The notes below the pieces were generated by a model. That model did not search any database, was not told the DNA's origin, and saw nothing but the letters and a program-made list of their open reading frames with translations. From the NCBI GenBank assembly GCA_001662655.1, contig KV460207.1: a DNA stretch of 64,000 bases; one strand, given 5' to 3'. The position numbers and the translations under genes were made by a program. Source of the DNA: Pseudogymnoascus verrucosus. Taxonomy: Eukaryota. Below are positions 36,874 to 50,142 of this stretch, piece after piece (within the stretch, counting starts at the first letter, position 1; each line of letters starts with the position of its first letter).

Positions 36874-38346
36874 AGTGCGAGAGGGACCTTTCGAGATAGC
36901 GATAAGAAAGGCACCTAACACGTCACGAAATCACGAAAAGTGCCAATACCTGCACGAAATCTGAGGGCTTTGCCAGTACGGAGCATCTTCGTTCGATGCA
37001 AGAGGTTGAAGCTGGCGACGGCAAAGTTGGGAAACCGTGGTCAGTCAAAAGATTGGGGGTCTGTAGGGATGCATGTTTGATGGCGGTGGTGGTTGCGGCT
37101 GGGGATGCGTTAACGGTCGCTTGAGCGGGTTGGAAATGGATACTGGTACGAGGGTACCTACCACACTTTCCACAGTTTCTACAGGATTAGGAATTTAGTC
37201 TACCAGTCAGTGTCAGCCATTGCCAACCTATTTGGCGTATTGTTACTCTAAACCTTGGCTCACCTTACTACACCTTACCTACCCTGGGGAGAAAAACAAT
37301 GCGCCAACGACACATTACTGCCACATTCTGCGTGCTCTACGAGTATTGTGTCTCAGAAGTCAGCGGCCAAGACAAGGGCAGGGACAAGGAACGAGTGGAG
37401 AATGGAGAATGCCGGGCAGGGCAGGCGTGTTTTATTTGACCCCCTTGGTTCGAATAGAGAGGAACGAATACTGAGATATCAATAGTCTACGACATGCTTG
37501 AGGACACGTATACTGGCGATGGAAGCTGGTGACAAGAGACTGATGGCAGTCTTCGACCTCCACGAGATACTGTTACTATCTACTCCATTTTTTGTGTCAA
37601 GTGCATACAGTAGGATGATGACGCCAGGGACGATCAATGGAGAGCGCCGTGTTGGTTGAGGGGTGTTGGGTCTCATCAGCAAGGGTCCATTGTCGTTGGT
37701 GCCTGTTGAGGGAAGGGGGGGGGAGCAGTTAGTGCTTTGCTAAGTGTGGCTGATCCAACGCCCAAAGCCCCCCACCATCAGCCATCAAACAGCAGCATAT
37801 CAGCAAGGAAGGGCCGTTTGTGTCTGCTGTCTGTTGTCTTTGTCCCGTTGTGTATCCAAATCCCTACTCTTGCATGGTGGCTATCCATGTTCAGGTCTTG
37901 CATAGTCGTCGAAGTTATTGCTTAGGCTCACTTCTCACTGGCTGTTGTTTTGCCCTGCCACAATCGTCACAATCTGTCTATCACAGCAGCCACATACCCC
38001 ACCAATACTGTAAGTATATAGGGATTGCAATCATCACATGGTAAGCACTTCATCAAAAGCATATCAATCATTCCAACAACACAGTTCAAAGCCGCCGTCA
38101 CGATGGCGGTGGAGGCTCATGGGCATACTCCGGATAGAGAGTGCGCATTTATCCCTTCAAGGATATTACACCCTTTGCCTCCACAGCATTTTCAAGGATC
38201 CGAGTGGCCGTTGGTTCATTGCACAGTTGTAGACATGCACATTGTATGGAAACGCACATCTGGAAGAATCAATGTCATTGCTCTCACAGCCTATTCGTGA
38301 AGCATGAAGCTTTGGTTACAGTGCAAAGAAAAGACAAAATTCCCAT

Positions 38347-39130
<784 letters not shown>

Positions 39131-39462
39131 GTTGGCGACTGTTGGAAAATAGGATTACAATCGTCGTAATAATTTGTCGATGTCTGTCTATCTACAGTTG
39201 TCAATTTTCGATAAATTCGGCTGGTGCGGTCGGCTAATCAACCCTAACCAATAAGCCTTGAGTGGTGCCTCAGGCATAAAGGCATGACCGAGAATCTATT
39301 CTGTTAGCTCGCTTTTCTAAAAGAAATTTTGGAGAGAAGCTCTGTGCAGAATTTCGTGCGTCGAGAAAGTTCATCTCCACACCCAGCACAGCGACTTCAC
39401 TCTACGTCGCAAACTCATAATACCGCACCACAACCGCGTATTATTTGAGAAGCATATATACA
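39131..39462. promoter_or_regulatory. 332-bp bidirectional promoter shared by RPL12 and NOP1
   Basis: Head-to-head ATGs. CCCTAA at 39242-39247 and an RRPE-like AAATTTT at 39324-39330. Confidence 0.6.
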
Positions 39463-40657
39463 ATGGCATTCACTCCAAGAGGCCGCGGCGGCGGTGATCG
39501 TGGTGGACGTGGTGGCTTTGGTGGCCGCGGTGGTGGTGATCGCGGTGGACGTGGTGGATTCGGCGACAGAGGTGGTGGATTTGGCGGCCGTGGAGGTGGC
39601 AGAGGTCAGTTTTTTCTCTAATTGGCTTCCTAATGCTGGCTCTCAGCTACAGGAGGCTATTCAATTCCAGATCTGGGGGACATAAAGAGCTGACCGGGGG
39701 TTAGGTGGTCGAGGTGATAGCAGAGGCGGTCGTGGCGGCCGAGGAGCACCAAGAGGTGGGCGTGGTGCCCCACGTGGAGGTGGACGCGGCGGTGCTGGTG
39801 CCAGAGGTGGCGCAAAGACCATTGTTGTATGTTGACCTCTCTGCCATTGCCTGTTGCTGCTTTCATACTTACATCATTTTAGGAGCCCCATCGCCATGGC
39901 GGTATCTTCGTCGCTCGCGGAAAGGAGGACATGCTGGTGACCAAGAACATGGCACCAGGAGAGTCGGTTTACGGCGAGAAGCGCATCTCTGTCGAGAACA
40001 CCGCTGGCGTTAACGACGACGGAACCCCAAACACCACCAAGACCGAATACAGAGTGTGGAACCCTTTCAGATCTAAGTTGGCTGCCGGTGTCCTCGGTGG
40101 TCTTGATGAGATCTTCATCAAGCCCGGAGCTAAGGTTCTCTACCTTGGTGCCGCTTCCGGAACCTCGGTTTCCCACGTTGCTGATATTGTCGGCCCAACT
40201 GGTACCGTCTTCGCTGTTGAGTTCTCTCACAGATCCGGCCGTGACCTGATCAACATGGCTACCCACCGCACAAACGTCATCCCAATCATTGAGGATGCCC
40301 GCCACCCGCTCCGTTACCGCATGCTCGTGTCGATGGTCGATGTCATCTTTGCCGATGTTGCCCAGCCCGATCAGGCTCGTATCGTCGGAATGAACGCCCA
40401 CTTGTTCCTTAAGGTTGGAGGTGGTGTTGTCATCTCCATCAAGGCCAACTGTATTGATTCGACTGCCGCACCCGAGGCTGTCTTCACCCGTGAGGTTCAA
40501 AAGATGAGAGAGGAGAAGATGAAGCCATTGGAACAGTTAACTCTTGGTAAGCCGCAATCCTCTTCATGTGATAAACAAACTTCTAATTCATCTTACAGAG
40601 CCCTTCGAGAGAGACCATTGTGTCGTGACTGCTATCTACAAGCACTCTGCCGAGTAG
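39463..40657 (+). CDS. NOP1: Fibrillarin (rRNA 2'-O-methyltransferase)
   Basis: RGG-rich GAR domain, then [44 protein letters not shown] and EPFERDH. Three introns. Confidence 0.97.
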
Positions 40658-41284
40658 ACTGGTGTTTTTTCTGTTCTTTTTTCATCCTCTTTTCAAGGAA
40701 TGTGCAGGGCCACTTGTCCATGGTCAGGAAAATGGATGGGTTGTCTCTTTATCTGGTGTACCTACTACTGCGTATGGGATGGCGTTCGGCATTACTCATA
40801 TGACCAAATAAAACAATTACCTTTTTACAAATTTTCACATGATTTTGATTGTCCGAGATTTCATGGGTGCTGCTCTATGTATATTGTTGGCTAAATGCGT
40901 GGTATTTTTGACTGCCTAACAAGCAACTCCCGCCTCGGCAGTTCTTATGCACGTTTAATCACTGTTCAACTTCCATTGGTAATATAATTTCAAATGTGTG
41001 TATTCTGTTATCTGCTTATGAAACGGATGATGTTTTTACATCGAAAATATGCAATACAGGCTCTAATAGCCAACGATAACCGCAGACCCTCCCAGCCACC
41101 CAACCCCCAGCCAACCATAAATACTCCAACAGATAAAAACCCGCCATATTCAGTGCTAGAAACAATTATGCAGACCCATCATACCTCTAAAATGGCATGC
41201 CTTCGTGGCGTCATCATCGTCGAATGTCAACCTCTTCCATATATATACCTCACATACATAATAGCACCGTCTCGTTCCATTAGA

Positions 41285-44200
41285 TCAGCCACCACCTCCC
41301 AACAAAGAAAAAATCCATCCAGCCTGAGTAGAGTTCGAGCACTTGAACATCCACTTCCTCTGCCTCGCTCCTATTCCACCTACAGCTCCAGGCATTCCGA
41401 TTTCGCCATTTGGCCCAAATACCTCTTCCTCGACGTTCATAACGATGCCGATCTTGTTTACACGAGTGAAACGACGGGCGCCGAGGACGCCATCGAAGAA
41501 AACAACTTGTTCCTTGTTCTCTTTTGGAGGGTTCGTGATACCCAAGTGCTTGTCGAGGAGCTTTGGTCTCTCCACGGTATGGTGGGTCAGGGTCACGTGC
41601 TTTAGAACTCCATAGTTCAATCGGGTGTCTGGGAACATCCCTGGCGGAGGCACCCCAATTACTATGCGGCAATGTCCCAAGTCCAACCACCGAGAGGCGA
41701 CTTCGGCACGGTAAACTCGGATGATCAAGTTATTTGTGTCGAAAACTGAGGTGTTGCCGGTGCCTGATGCTGCCATGCTTGAATCCGTTCGGGTCCGAGG
41801 AGATGAAGACGGCGCCGAGTCCGTAGCGAAGATACTTGAGCCTCTTGATTTGGGGCCACCACCCTCAAACCTGGACATATTTGGAGTCAGACGGCCATTG
41901 GCCCCATTGCTCATGCGTCTCAGTGCCATAAACGCTGTTCGTCCGAGAGAGAAAGTGCTTCCATCGGAGCCTGAGAAGGATGAAGCCCGAACCGACGCTC
42001 TGTAGCTTTTCTTTCGCCCAAACCAACTGTAGCGAGCCTTGCGTTCATCCCATTCATTGCCAGCTTGTCCGTCGTAGTCGTTCAATTCGCGGTCACGTTG
42101 CAGGCGATTATATTTCTCATTGTCTTGTCTAGCCCTGTTAGCAGCGGTATATGCGGCCATGCATTCGCTTCTGTTCCGAGATCTGAATCGGACAATGTGG
42201 GTGCTCTTCAACAGGGAAGTTTCTAATGGCTGAGAATGTATCTCAATATCCAACGGATTACTTTGGCGGAGCATCACAATCGGAGTCAAGACAAGCGCAA
42301 TGAGCGGTCGTCCGCTTGGCTTTGCATTATTCGGCGAATCAGTGCTTAAGGCGTCAAAAGCCTCCAAGGGGTAAGCCTCAATCAAGCCTGGCGTAATTAC
42401 AACCGTGCAAAGATTCAAATGGATATCGTCCCATCGTCCTGGAGGTACCCGCCAGCATGAGATGTGAGCCTTGAACTTCAAGCAGTATGATGTTTGTGGT
42501 GGCTCGAGACGGATATCTGGAAGGACAGCATCGTTCACCTGTTGCAGTTGGCTTACAACGTCTTCTGTTCCTGTTAAGCCATCGCCTGAAGACTCAAGAG
42601 ATGAATCATCGTCTTCTGAGTCCGTCACATAAGATGTTGACGAACTAGTTGTGTAGTCGGAAGGCTGGTACTCGTGCTTCAAGGGCGAGGATGACCGACG
42701 ATGCTTTAGCTCATAGCTTGTGCTGTGCGATGACTGCAATTCCGTGGCAACATCTGGGGAGGATGTTTGCTTATGAGCAGGTGGTGGAGGTGGCTCTGTA
42801 GCTGAAGCGTGACCTGGAGCAACTGAAGTTGACTGTGAAACTGATTTCTCATTTGAAGCTGGGTTTGGATAAGCCTTCGTTGGTGTAGCAAGCGAAGGCT
42901 CTTTTGGTCGAGGTCGGTATCTTGTTGGTGTTGTATGTGGTGAAACAGGCTCAATAGCTCTGTCTCTTTGTGTTGGAGTGAGAGAGAGACGGTAGTCTGC
43001 TCGTCCCTTAGAGTGGCTATCGCCCGAAACAAAGGGGTCGACAGCTTTAGGGCTTGCTTGGGGAGTTTGGTCTCGGAATCCTGCATGCTCGCCAATAGGC
43101 ACATCTGGTGAGTCTGGGCACACCAGTGCTCCGCTCATCAAGGCTTTTCCAGGAGAATCATACTCAAGGGGCTCAGGGTCAAAGCGTGATATAGCAGGTG
43201 GAATTGGCTTGTCGCTGAACATGACCATAAACTCGTCCACAACGTCTCCGTGTTCAGCCTTCAATATGAAACATTCTTGCCAGTCAGTAGTTCCATCCTG
43301 GCCGCGAGCCATGACAATCAAATCGTCCTCCATGTCCCCTCTTCGGACAGAAATTTGTTCGGTGAGCAGTGGTTGAAATAGCAGATAGTGGCTGCGTCGG
43401 GCGTTGACTTCACAGATCAGAATATCTCCAGCATCATGATCACTATCTCTGACTATGAGTTCAACTTCACATGCCATGCGCTGGCCATTCGAGTGTCGGA
43501 GATCGAGATCGAAATATTCTTTAGCTTTGACCTGGCGCGTCTGGTCTATTTGTGCACCCTTCAGGGGAGCTAGAGTTCGTAGATCCCGCGACCTTGTTGG
43601 ATCCTTGTTATTAGCTAACCTGTCTTGCCTTCTTGCGTTCTCTTCTTTCGCAAGACGGCGCTCCCTGTCCTTGTCGACCTGGCTCTGTAGCTGGCTGTTG
43701 GTATCGTCGCCTTGTTTTGTAGTGTCCTGGTCTTGCACAGAATCGAACCTCTTAGCGTTTGGCCTGACTGTTCCGTGAATAGCCCCCCTCCGTCCAATCT
43801 TCGATTTACTTCTATTGCGCTTCGGGTTATTCTCACGTGCCTTTCCCATTGTCTCCTCTTTGAGTTGGTTTTGACTCATGGGCCTTATATCGACGGCACT
43901 ATCAATATCGCTAGGCGCAGGCGGTAGACTTAGGGGGTTTTCCCTCACAACCTTTGCACGAGCAACACCAAGAGGTTCAGCTTCTCCTGTGCTCTTTTGC
44001 ACTTCAGATGATTTTCCATCCTCAACATGTCTTGAAACCTTCCTTGGTGTTACTTTTGATCTCTCCTCATGCGGAGCTATATCTGAATCGTTTGTTCGTG
44101 TAACCCAATCTTGAATCTTGCGCTCAAAGGGTGGGTTGACCGAGTTGGCCTCTACATATCCTTTCCGAATCCCATTTGGACTTCTTGTGCTTGTGACTGA

Positions 44201-45742
44201 CTTGCTGTTTAGGTTGCTAGGATTTGTCGGTAAGTCGGGCACGAGTTCTGTCGCTTCTTCATCGTGTGGAACTGTGTCATGCCCGTTCACACGCGCTGCC
44301 CAATCTTGCATCTTGCGCTCAAGAGGTGGATTTGCCCAGTTCGATTCCACAAAATCCTTCGGAAGGCCCTTTGGCTTGCTTTTCCTTCCTGCCAGGCCCC
44401 TTTTCAAAGTGGTGGTTTTAGCAGGGCCACTTAAATCGGGGTATACCACAGTCTCGGTCTTCTCTCCACGCATGTTGTCGTTGAGTTTGTCTGTGAGTCC
44501 CATCCAGCCTTGGATCTTGCGCTCAAGAGGTGGCTTTGCCAAAAGATTTTCAACAAATTCCTTGGGAGAGCTTTTGGGTTTGATTGGTTTGCTTTTCTTT
44601 GCCGGAGTCCTCTTTAAATTGGTAGGCTTTGCAGGTAATGGCGTATCTGATATGGACTCAGTCTCCTCCTCAGGCTTCTCCCCGGGCTTCTCATCGAGCT
44701 TGTCTTCGGACTGCTCTTCAGGATTCTCTTCGTCTGGGATTTCATTGTGTTTGGCTGTTCTCTCTGCCCAGTCTTGTATCTTGCGCTCCAGTGGTGGGTT
44801 GGCCCAATTGGATTTAACAAAATCCTTTGGCAGACGCTTCGACTTATCGAGCTTTTCTGGCGTCTTTGCTTTTGTAGGTATCTTGGCTTTCTTAACAGGC
44901 GTCTCTGCTTTCTTAGCACTGGAAGTTGAAACGGAGGTAGGCAAGGTGTCTGCCACGTCTTCGGTAGTACCGCTGTGTGAGGTAGACTGATGTCCATCGA
45001 TCCGCGCAGCCCAGTCTTGTATTTTGCGTTCGAGCGGCGGATTGGCCCAGTTGGATTTCACAAAGTCTTTTGGGAGGCGTTTCCCCGTGTCTGCAGCCTT
45101 TGTTGTGAGACTCTTTTTGATGGCGGCAGGGTCGACGATTAGATTTAGCAAGGGGTCTTGTTTTGTTTGTGGGCTCTTTTTTCGGTTCCTGACCCAGTGG
45201 CTATCGCTAACCACTCTCTTCCTAGGCGTGCCTCTCGCCCTCGGGGGAAGAGGCGAGGCGTTTTTTCTCTTTTCGGGTTTGACGGCAAGATGTGGTTCTG
45301 CGGGCGGTTGTTGCTCGTTCTCCACGTCGCTACTCAAGTATCCGCCATCCGGTTTCTTTGTTGGGGCTGCCGGATCCTCGATCACCGCAGCCGCGCTTGA
45401 TTGTTGCCATTGCTTCACCCTATATTTGACTCCGCCTGGCGGCTGCAATTTGTTTACCGCACTAGCTTTAAACTCTGCAGGAGGAGCAACGGCAGAACTC
45501 CTGCGCCGCGTTCGATCAACAGACGGTCGTCCTAGGAGAAAGTCCGCCAACAGCGTCGGCTCCGGCTTCTTTCCGCCCCCCTTCCCTCGAACTGGCGCAT
45601 TGCGCGGGCCAGATACTTTGTTTGCTGCCGCCTTCCCGTCACCACTGCCATTCCTGGGATGCCTGACGGCCGGGGATCGTTGCGGCGTAGTTGGAGCTTG
45701 GGGTTTGGCCGAATCGTCGTCCTCTGTTTCGCAGGTAGGCAT
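41285..45742 (-). CDS. Large (1485 aa) hypothetical protein with disordered repeat-containing N-half and structured C-terminal regions
   Basis: Single long ORF. Five NPPLERKIQDW-type repeats. Motifs EPTLLADFLLGRPS and HRRSSSPLKHEYQPS. C-terminal beta-rich segments may be PH-like (inference). Confidence 0.8.
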   Translation of the reverse strand: MPTCETEDDDSAKPQAPTTPQRSPAVRHPRNGSGDGKAAANKVSGPRNAPVRGKGGGKKPEPTLLADFLLGRPSVDRTRRRSSAVAPPAEFKASAVNKLQPPGGVKYRVKQWQQSSAAAVIEDPAAPTKKPDGGYLSSDVENEQQPPAEPHLAVKPEKRKNASPLPPRARGTPRKRVVSDSHWVRNRKKSPQTKQDPLLNLIVDPAAIKKSLTTKAADTGKRLPKDFVKSNWANPPLERKIQDWAARIDGHQSTSHSGTTEDVADTLPTSVSTSSAKKAETPVKKAKIPTKAKTPEKLDKSKRLPKDFVKSNWANPPLERKIQDWAERTAKHNEIPDEENPEEQSEDKLDEKPGEKPEEETESISDTPLPAKPTNLKRTPAKKSKPIKPKSSPKEFVENLLAKPPLERKIQGWMGLTDKLNDNMRGEKTETVVYPDLSGPAKTTTLKRGLAGRKSKPKGLPKDFVESNWANPPLERKMQDWAARVNGHDTVPHDEEATELVPDLPTNPSNLNSKSVTSTRSPNGIRKGYVEANSVNPPFERKIQDWVTRTNDSDIAPHEERSKVTPRKVSRHVEDGKSSEVQKSTGEAEPLGVARAKVVRENPLSLPPAPSDIDSAVDIRPMSQNQLKEETMGKARENNPKRNRSKSKIGRRGAIHGTVRPNAKRFDSVQDQDTTKQGDDTNSQLQSQVDKDRERRLAKEENARRQDRLANNKDPTRSRDLRTLAPLKGAQIDQTRQVKAKEYFDLDLRHSNGQRMACEVELIVRDSDHDAGDILICEVNARRSHYLLFQPLLTEQISVRRGDMEDDLIVMARGQDGTTDWQECFILKAEHGDVVDEFMVMFSDKPIPPAISRFDPEPLEYDSPGKALMSGALVCPDSPDVPIGEHAGFRDQTPQASPKAVDPFVSGDSHSKGRADYRLSLTPTQRDRAIEPVSPHTTPTRYRPRPKEPSLATPTKAYPNPASNEKSVSQSTSVAPGHASATEPPPPPAHKQTSSPDVATELQSSHSTSYELKHRRSSSPLKHEYQPSDYTTSSSTSYVTDSEDDDSSLESSGDGLTGTEDVVSQLQQVNDAVLPDIRLEPPQTSYCLKFKAHISCWRVPPGRWDDIHLNLCTVVITPGLIEAYPLEAFDALSTDSPNNAKPSGRPLIALVLTPIVMLRQSNPLDIEIHSQPLETSLLKSTHIVRFRSRNRSECMAAYTAANRARQDNEKYNRLQRDRELNDYDGQAGNEWDERKARYSWFGRKKSYRASVRASSFSGSDGSTFSLGRTAFMALRRMSNGANGRLTPNMSRFEGGGPKSRGSSIFATDSAPSSSPRTRTDSSMAASGTGNTSVFDTNNLIIRVYRAEVASRWLDLGHCRIVIGVPPPGMFPDTRLNYGVLKHVTLTHHTVERPKLLDKHLGITNPPKENKEQVVFFDGVLGARRFTRVNKIGIVMNVEEEVFGPNGEIGMPGAVGGIGARQRKWMFKCSNSTQAGWIFSLLGGGG

Positions 45743-46714
45743 GTCCTAATTCGCAGTCTAGAGTCAGCGCTTTGGTACTGTTATTCTCCAGGGAGAATGC
45801 CAGCTATTTGCGTCGCATCACCGCTGCAGCTTGGTGCAACTTACCTCTCTATTCGAGGACCCCGCCTATAGCTGTCTCAAAAGTTGTAGCCCAGGCATCG
45901 ACGCGCGACGACCTATTGAAAGATTTCTGGCTCTAGACATGAGCCTGTAGAGCACCAGACTCTTCTTGAGGATCTAGTCTTTGCGCTCGATTATGCGACG
46001 CCTAGTGATCATCGGTTTCTGTGGTCGGTTTGTTCCGGGCGGCCTCACCGGGCAGGGCTGGATCTCGTCGGAGGGGCAACCAAAACGCTTGTACTTAGAT
46101 TATCTGGTACACATCTACGCACTACATGGATAAAACTGCAAAGAGGCTTACAGTTATAGTTTCAAACGGCAAAATCAATAGACGAGACATTAGGGCCATT
46201 ATAATGCGCTATAAAGCAGGAATTTACTCTGGAGTTTGTCTATTTCAGCCGCCTTCCTTGTTTACTTTGCCGAGTTGAGTTGCGGGTCCGTCATACTCGA
46301 GTACTGGCGATTTAGTACTTAAGATCTCGTGTCTATATATGGACATCCTTGCATCGGCCACAACGATTGGTCAATATGCTGCCAATAGTCTGTAACCTAG
46401 AATGCACCCGATAATTGCAACATTTCAAGTTGTTTTTCAAATGGGTTTTTAGTGTTTGACAGAGTAGAATTGACATCAAATAGGGCTGGCAATACTATTT
46501 GATTATTTTTATTTTTATTGGTGAGACCAATTTTGGTCTCCACCGGCCAGCTCAACTGACGTGGTATCTCATTATCCTTTAACCTATAATTCATAATCTA
46601 TATGCCGACGGGCTCGCTGAAACAACATGACAAATACAAAGCAGAGAAGAAAACGCTGTAGTTGCTGTCATGTTTGCGCTCGAGTTGCCTTCGAAGCGCA
46701 TTCCGATGTTTGCT

Positions 46715-48581
46715 TTATGACAACTCCTGGACCCATATCTGTACAACATTAGTATGTAATTGAGTTCGGCGAACAGGGATACTCACATCCATCTTGCCCA
46801 TCTCAACCCTATCCCTCCTGGCATTTGTCTTAACAGACATTATCGCCATTTCCAAGTCATCCTGATCGCCCATAGTAATCATATCTCCATCTGGCATATC
46901 GTCATCGCGGATTTTAAGCTTGAATCGCTTCCGCAAAACGAACTTTTCCCGGATTTTATCCACAAGGTCTGGAAATTCGATTGCGGTTCCAACCATAATG
47001 TAGCGAGTATCTTCAGACGCATGGACTTTGACACGAACTTTGCGGATATCTGGTCTCCGAGAGGAGCCTCTGCCAGATGAGGAGGGTGCCCGGGACCTGG
47101 GTGCTGCAGGCCGGTTAGGGACCATCTCGAAATCATTCTCGTCAAACTGGTCATCCTCATAGTCGCTTCCATCCTCATCTTCCTCTTCGATATATCGTGG
47201 CTGCGGTCTATTCCTCCCCTTCGAACCGCGGGAGTTCCGGTACATGTCATAAAGCTCTCCAGGGTATTCATCCTCTTCCTCTTCATCGGACATCCTTCTA
47301 CGTGCTGGTGGCGGTGGGTCTCTTGGGTCTCTTCTTCGGGATTCTTCTCGCCTCACCGTTGGTCCTCGTGATTCCGATGCTGCGCGAGCAGGAGCGGGCC
47401 TCCTTGCAGGCTGCTCATCGCGGACTTCGTAACGTTGCGGTGGCAATGCCTTCTCGATGTTAAGCTTTGCAGGCACAGGTTTGACCCCATTGCGAACAGA
47501 GGCTCCTCTGCTGAGTTGGCCTGAGCTTGATCCTGAGGCACTCCTGTCCGACTCAGGAGGTGGTGTTGGTGGGAACACGTTTCGGTTGAGAGGTGGCTCT
47601 GATTGTTGACGCTTGCTTGACAAGCCAGGCTTGACGAGGTTGGCAGCTGCAAATGAGAGATTCTCTGCAGGCCTGTCATCCTTCGCATCTGACACCTTTC
47701 CAGCCTAGTTGGGGGTTAGCATTGACGATATTTTCGCCGCCGAGATCACCTACGTTTTTTATCTCTGAGCCTGCAAATCCTGTAAATGCGTTTGCTCTGT
47801 CGGAAGCCGCGACTAATCTCGCCTTCCCCAAGTAATCTTTCGTCTTGAGGTTCTTAACCTTTGCCGCGTTCGGCCTGTAGACGACGCCAACAGGAATGGA
47901 GAAGACAGTATAGCCCTAGAACTGTGTCAGCAACCACAAATTAACACCATTGAAGCCTGTGAACTAACCTCGGCCTCTTCCCTAATTGCATCGTCGATTA
48001 CGTTGTGATCTTCAACAACCTTCTCCTTCACCGCAAATGAAAAATCTTGCATTCCAGCTTCCTTTTGTTGCAGGTAAATGTAGCATAACCCACGGTTGAA
48101 GAGTACCTCGCAGGAATATAACTTAAACATGAGACCTAATTGCGCATAGTCGATCATATTGTTACCTCGCAAGTACAATAAGGTGTCGTTAAAATTAGCA
48201 AGGGCTTCTTCGAAGTCTCCCACGAGGAAATTCGATACGCCTTGTTGAAAGTAGGCAACTGCCAAATATTGATCGAGCCGAACGGCTCTTTGATAGCATT
48301 CAACCTGATAAATGTTAGTTTATATTGGTCGACAGGTGCCAGTAGTGATCCCGATATACGTACTGCTTTCCCATGTTCTCCAAGCGTCGCATGGATGACT
48401 CCGCAGTTGAATAAAATCTTAGAAGTGTCCGAAATATTATCGAAAGTCTTTAATGCTTCGTCGAACTCGTTGTTATCGTAATTCGCCAGCGCGGAAACCC
48501 ACGTCTCGATTTCCTGGAGAGATCCGTTAGTTTCGTGCAACCCACTCCCAGCATGACGCTTCGTACCTGCTTCAACGACAT
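46715..48581 (-). CDS. noxR: NADPH oxidase regulator NoxR (p67phox homologue; TPR + PB1)
   Basis: MSLKQ|EIETWV.AL..YDNNEF, LAVAYFQQGVSNFL, YLRGN..IDY.QLGL.FKLYSCEVLFNRGL, GYTVFSIPVGVVYRP. PB1 domain with ITMGDQDDL. Confidence 0.95.
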
Positions 48582-50142
48582 CTTGTCCGCCGCTTAACAA
48601 AGCTTCGGCTTCCAGTTCGTATGTTGTCTCTGCGCAGCGACCAGCGTATGAGGCAACGCTCTGCCGTAGCACTCTATTATATTTCACGGATCCCTCGGGT
48701 TGTATGCACTTCGCAATCAGATAACTGAGGGGGTGGTCGGTACACTCTGTATGTATACTGTCGTCAGGGCTGTCAAAGCTGGATAGTTCGGATATGCATG
48801 CACTTTCTCTCGGCGTCTTCCCGTGATATTGATTCCGCTAATTTGGTGCTGACTATCGGTCAAGTAATGAACGTCGATTGGGCCACGGTTCTGAGTGCTC
48901 TACAAAGAGTGAAATGGCATGGCTGGGCAAGAACGAGAGTGGGCGTAGAACTCGGCGCGTAAACTCAAGGTCGGATTGGGACCGTAGTTGAGATGGTTGG
49001 GACAAGGGGGCGAAGGGATATGTATGTTGGATTTTGGTGTCTGTTGGTGGGATGAGCGCAAGGGAGGAATGCAGCTCTTCGAGGGGCAAGCAGAGAGGAA
49101 GAATTCAAGAAGTCGTGCAGGGCCTTGGCTATGCAGTTTGGCTTTTCCTGCAGCAGATGTTCATGTAGAGTCGAGTTGGGATTTTTATTTTCGGAGACAC
49201 GTTTTTCGAGAGTTTGAAGGGAGGAGGGGGAAGGAGATGTCGGAGAAGTTGGTGGCTTGGAATTGGGCTTGGCCGATGGGAAGTGGTACAGACCAGACGG
49301 TTCAGAAGAATGTACGATTGCATTTGCAACATGGGACGCACCAGCAGGGATGAGGGGCACTCCACAGTAGAGAGCCAAGGGATGTATGGAATCGTCGTGG
49401 GCCTCGGGCACTTCTGTATCGATAGTGTCGAGTTGTATCGTGACAGTCGTGACAGTGCCGGGTTTTGAAGGCGGTTGTTCGAGGGTTTGGATTCGATGTA
49501 GTTGAGCCCACCTCACGCCGCTTTGGGGGGTTTTTCGTGAAGGTTAAACCGTGTGGTGGTGCATGATATGCGAGTATGGGGGGGTGTGTTTGTTGCATGT
49601 TGCATGACAACAGCCCTGTATTTTTGCTCAGCCATACAAGCCATACAAGCCGTGAGAATCAATAGCACTGGAGAATTCAGTATAGTACCGCCGTCAGTGG
49701 CACCGCCATCCAGTACCACGATCGCACAATGCTGGTATGGGATGTATCGGGCGGGAAGTCGGGAGGTCCCATCTCAAGGCGGCGACTGTTTCCAAGTGTT
49801 GGGGTGCGCCCTTGATTGGTTGGAGTGGCAGGGTTCACAGGGGATGGCAGGGATCACATCTAATTCTGGCGCGTCATACGTTAGAAAACAGGGCTCTTTG
49901 GAAACCAAGGGCGCGTAACGGGGTGTCATGTTATGCTCACTGGAGGTATATGTGACATGTCAAACACGAGTAATTCGGCCTGAGGTGCAATGTACCTGTA
50001 CGAGACCGGATGATGTGTGCCCCAGTGAACTTATTTCTCGTGGAGCGTTGGGATGGCCATAGAGTCAATCGGGCGCATTGTATTGAAGTTGACTTACATA
50101 ATAAGGCTTTTACTGTGAGTAACCTGCGGGAGAGAATGAGAC

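Noticed and set aside
36874..36921. OGT ORF extension to 36921
   Set aside because: Starts at a non-ATG codon. First ATG is at 36873.
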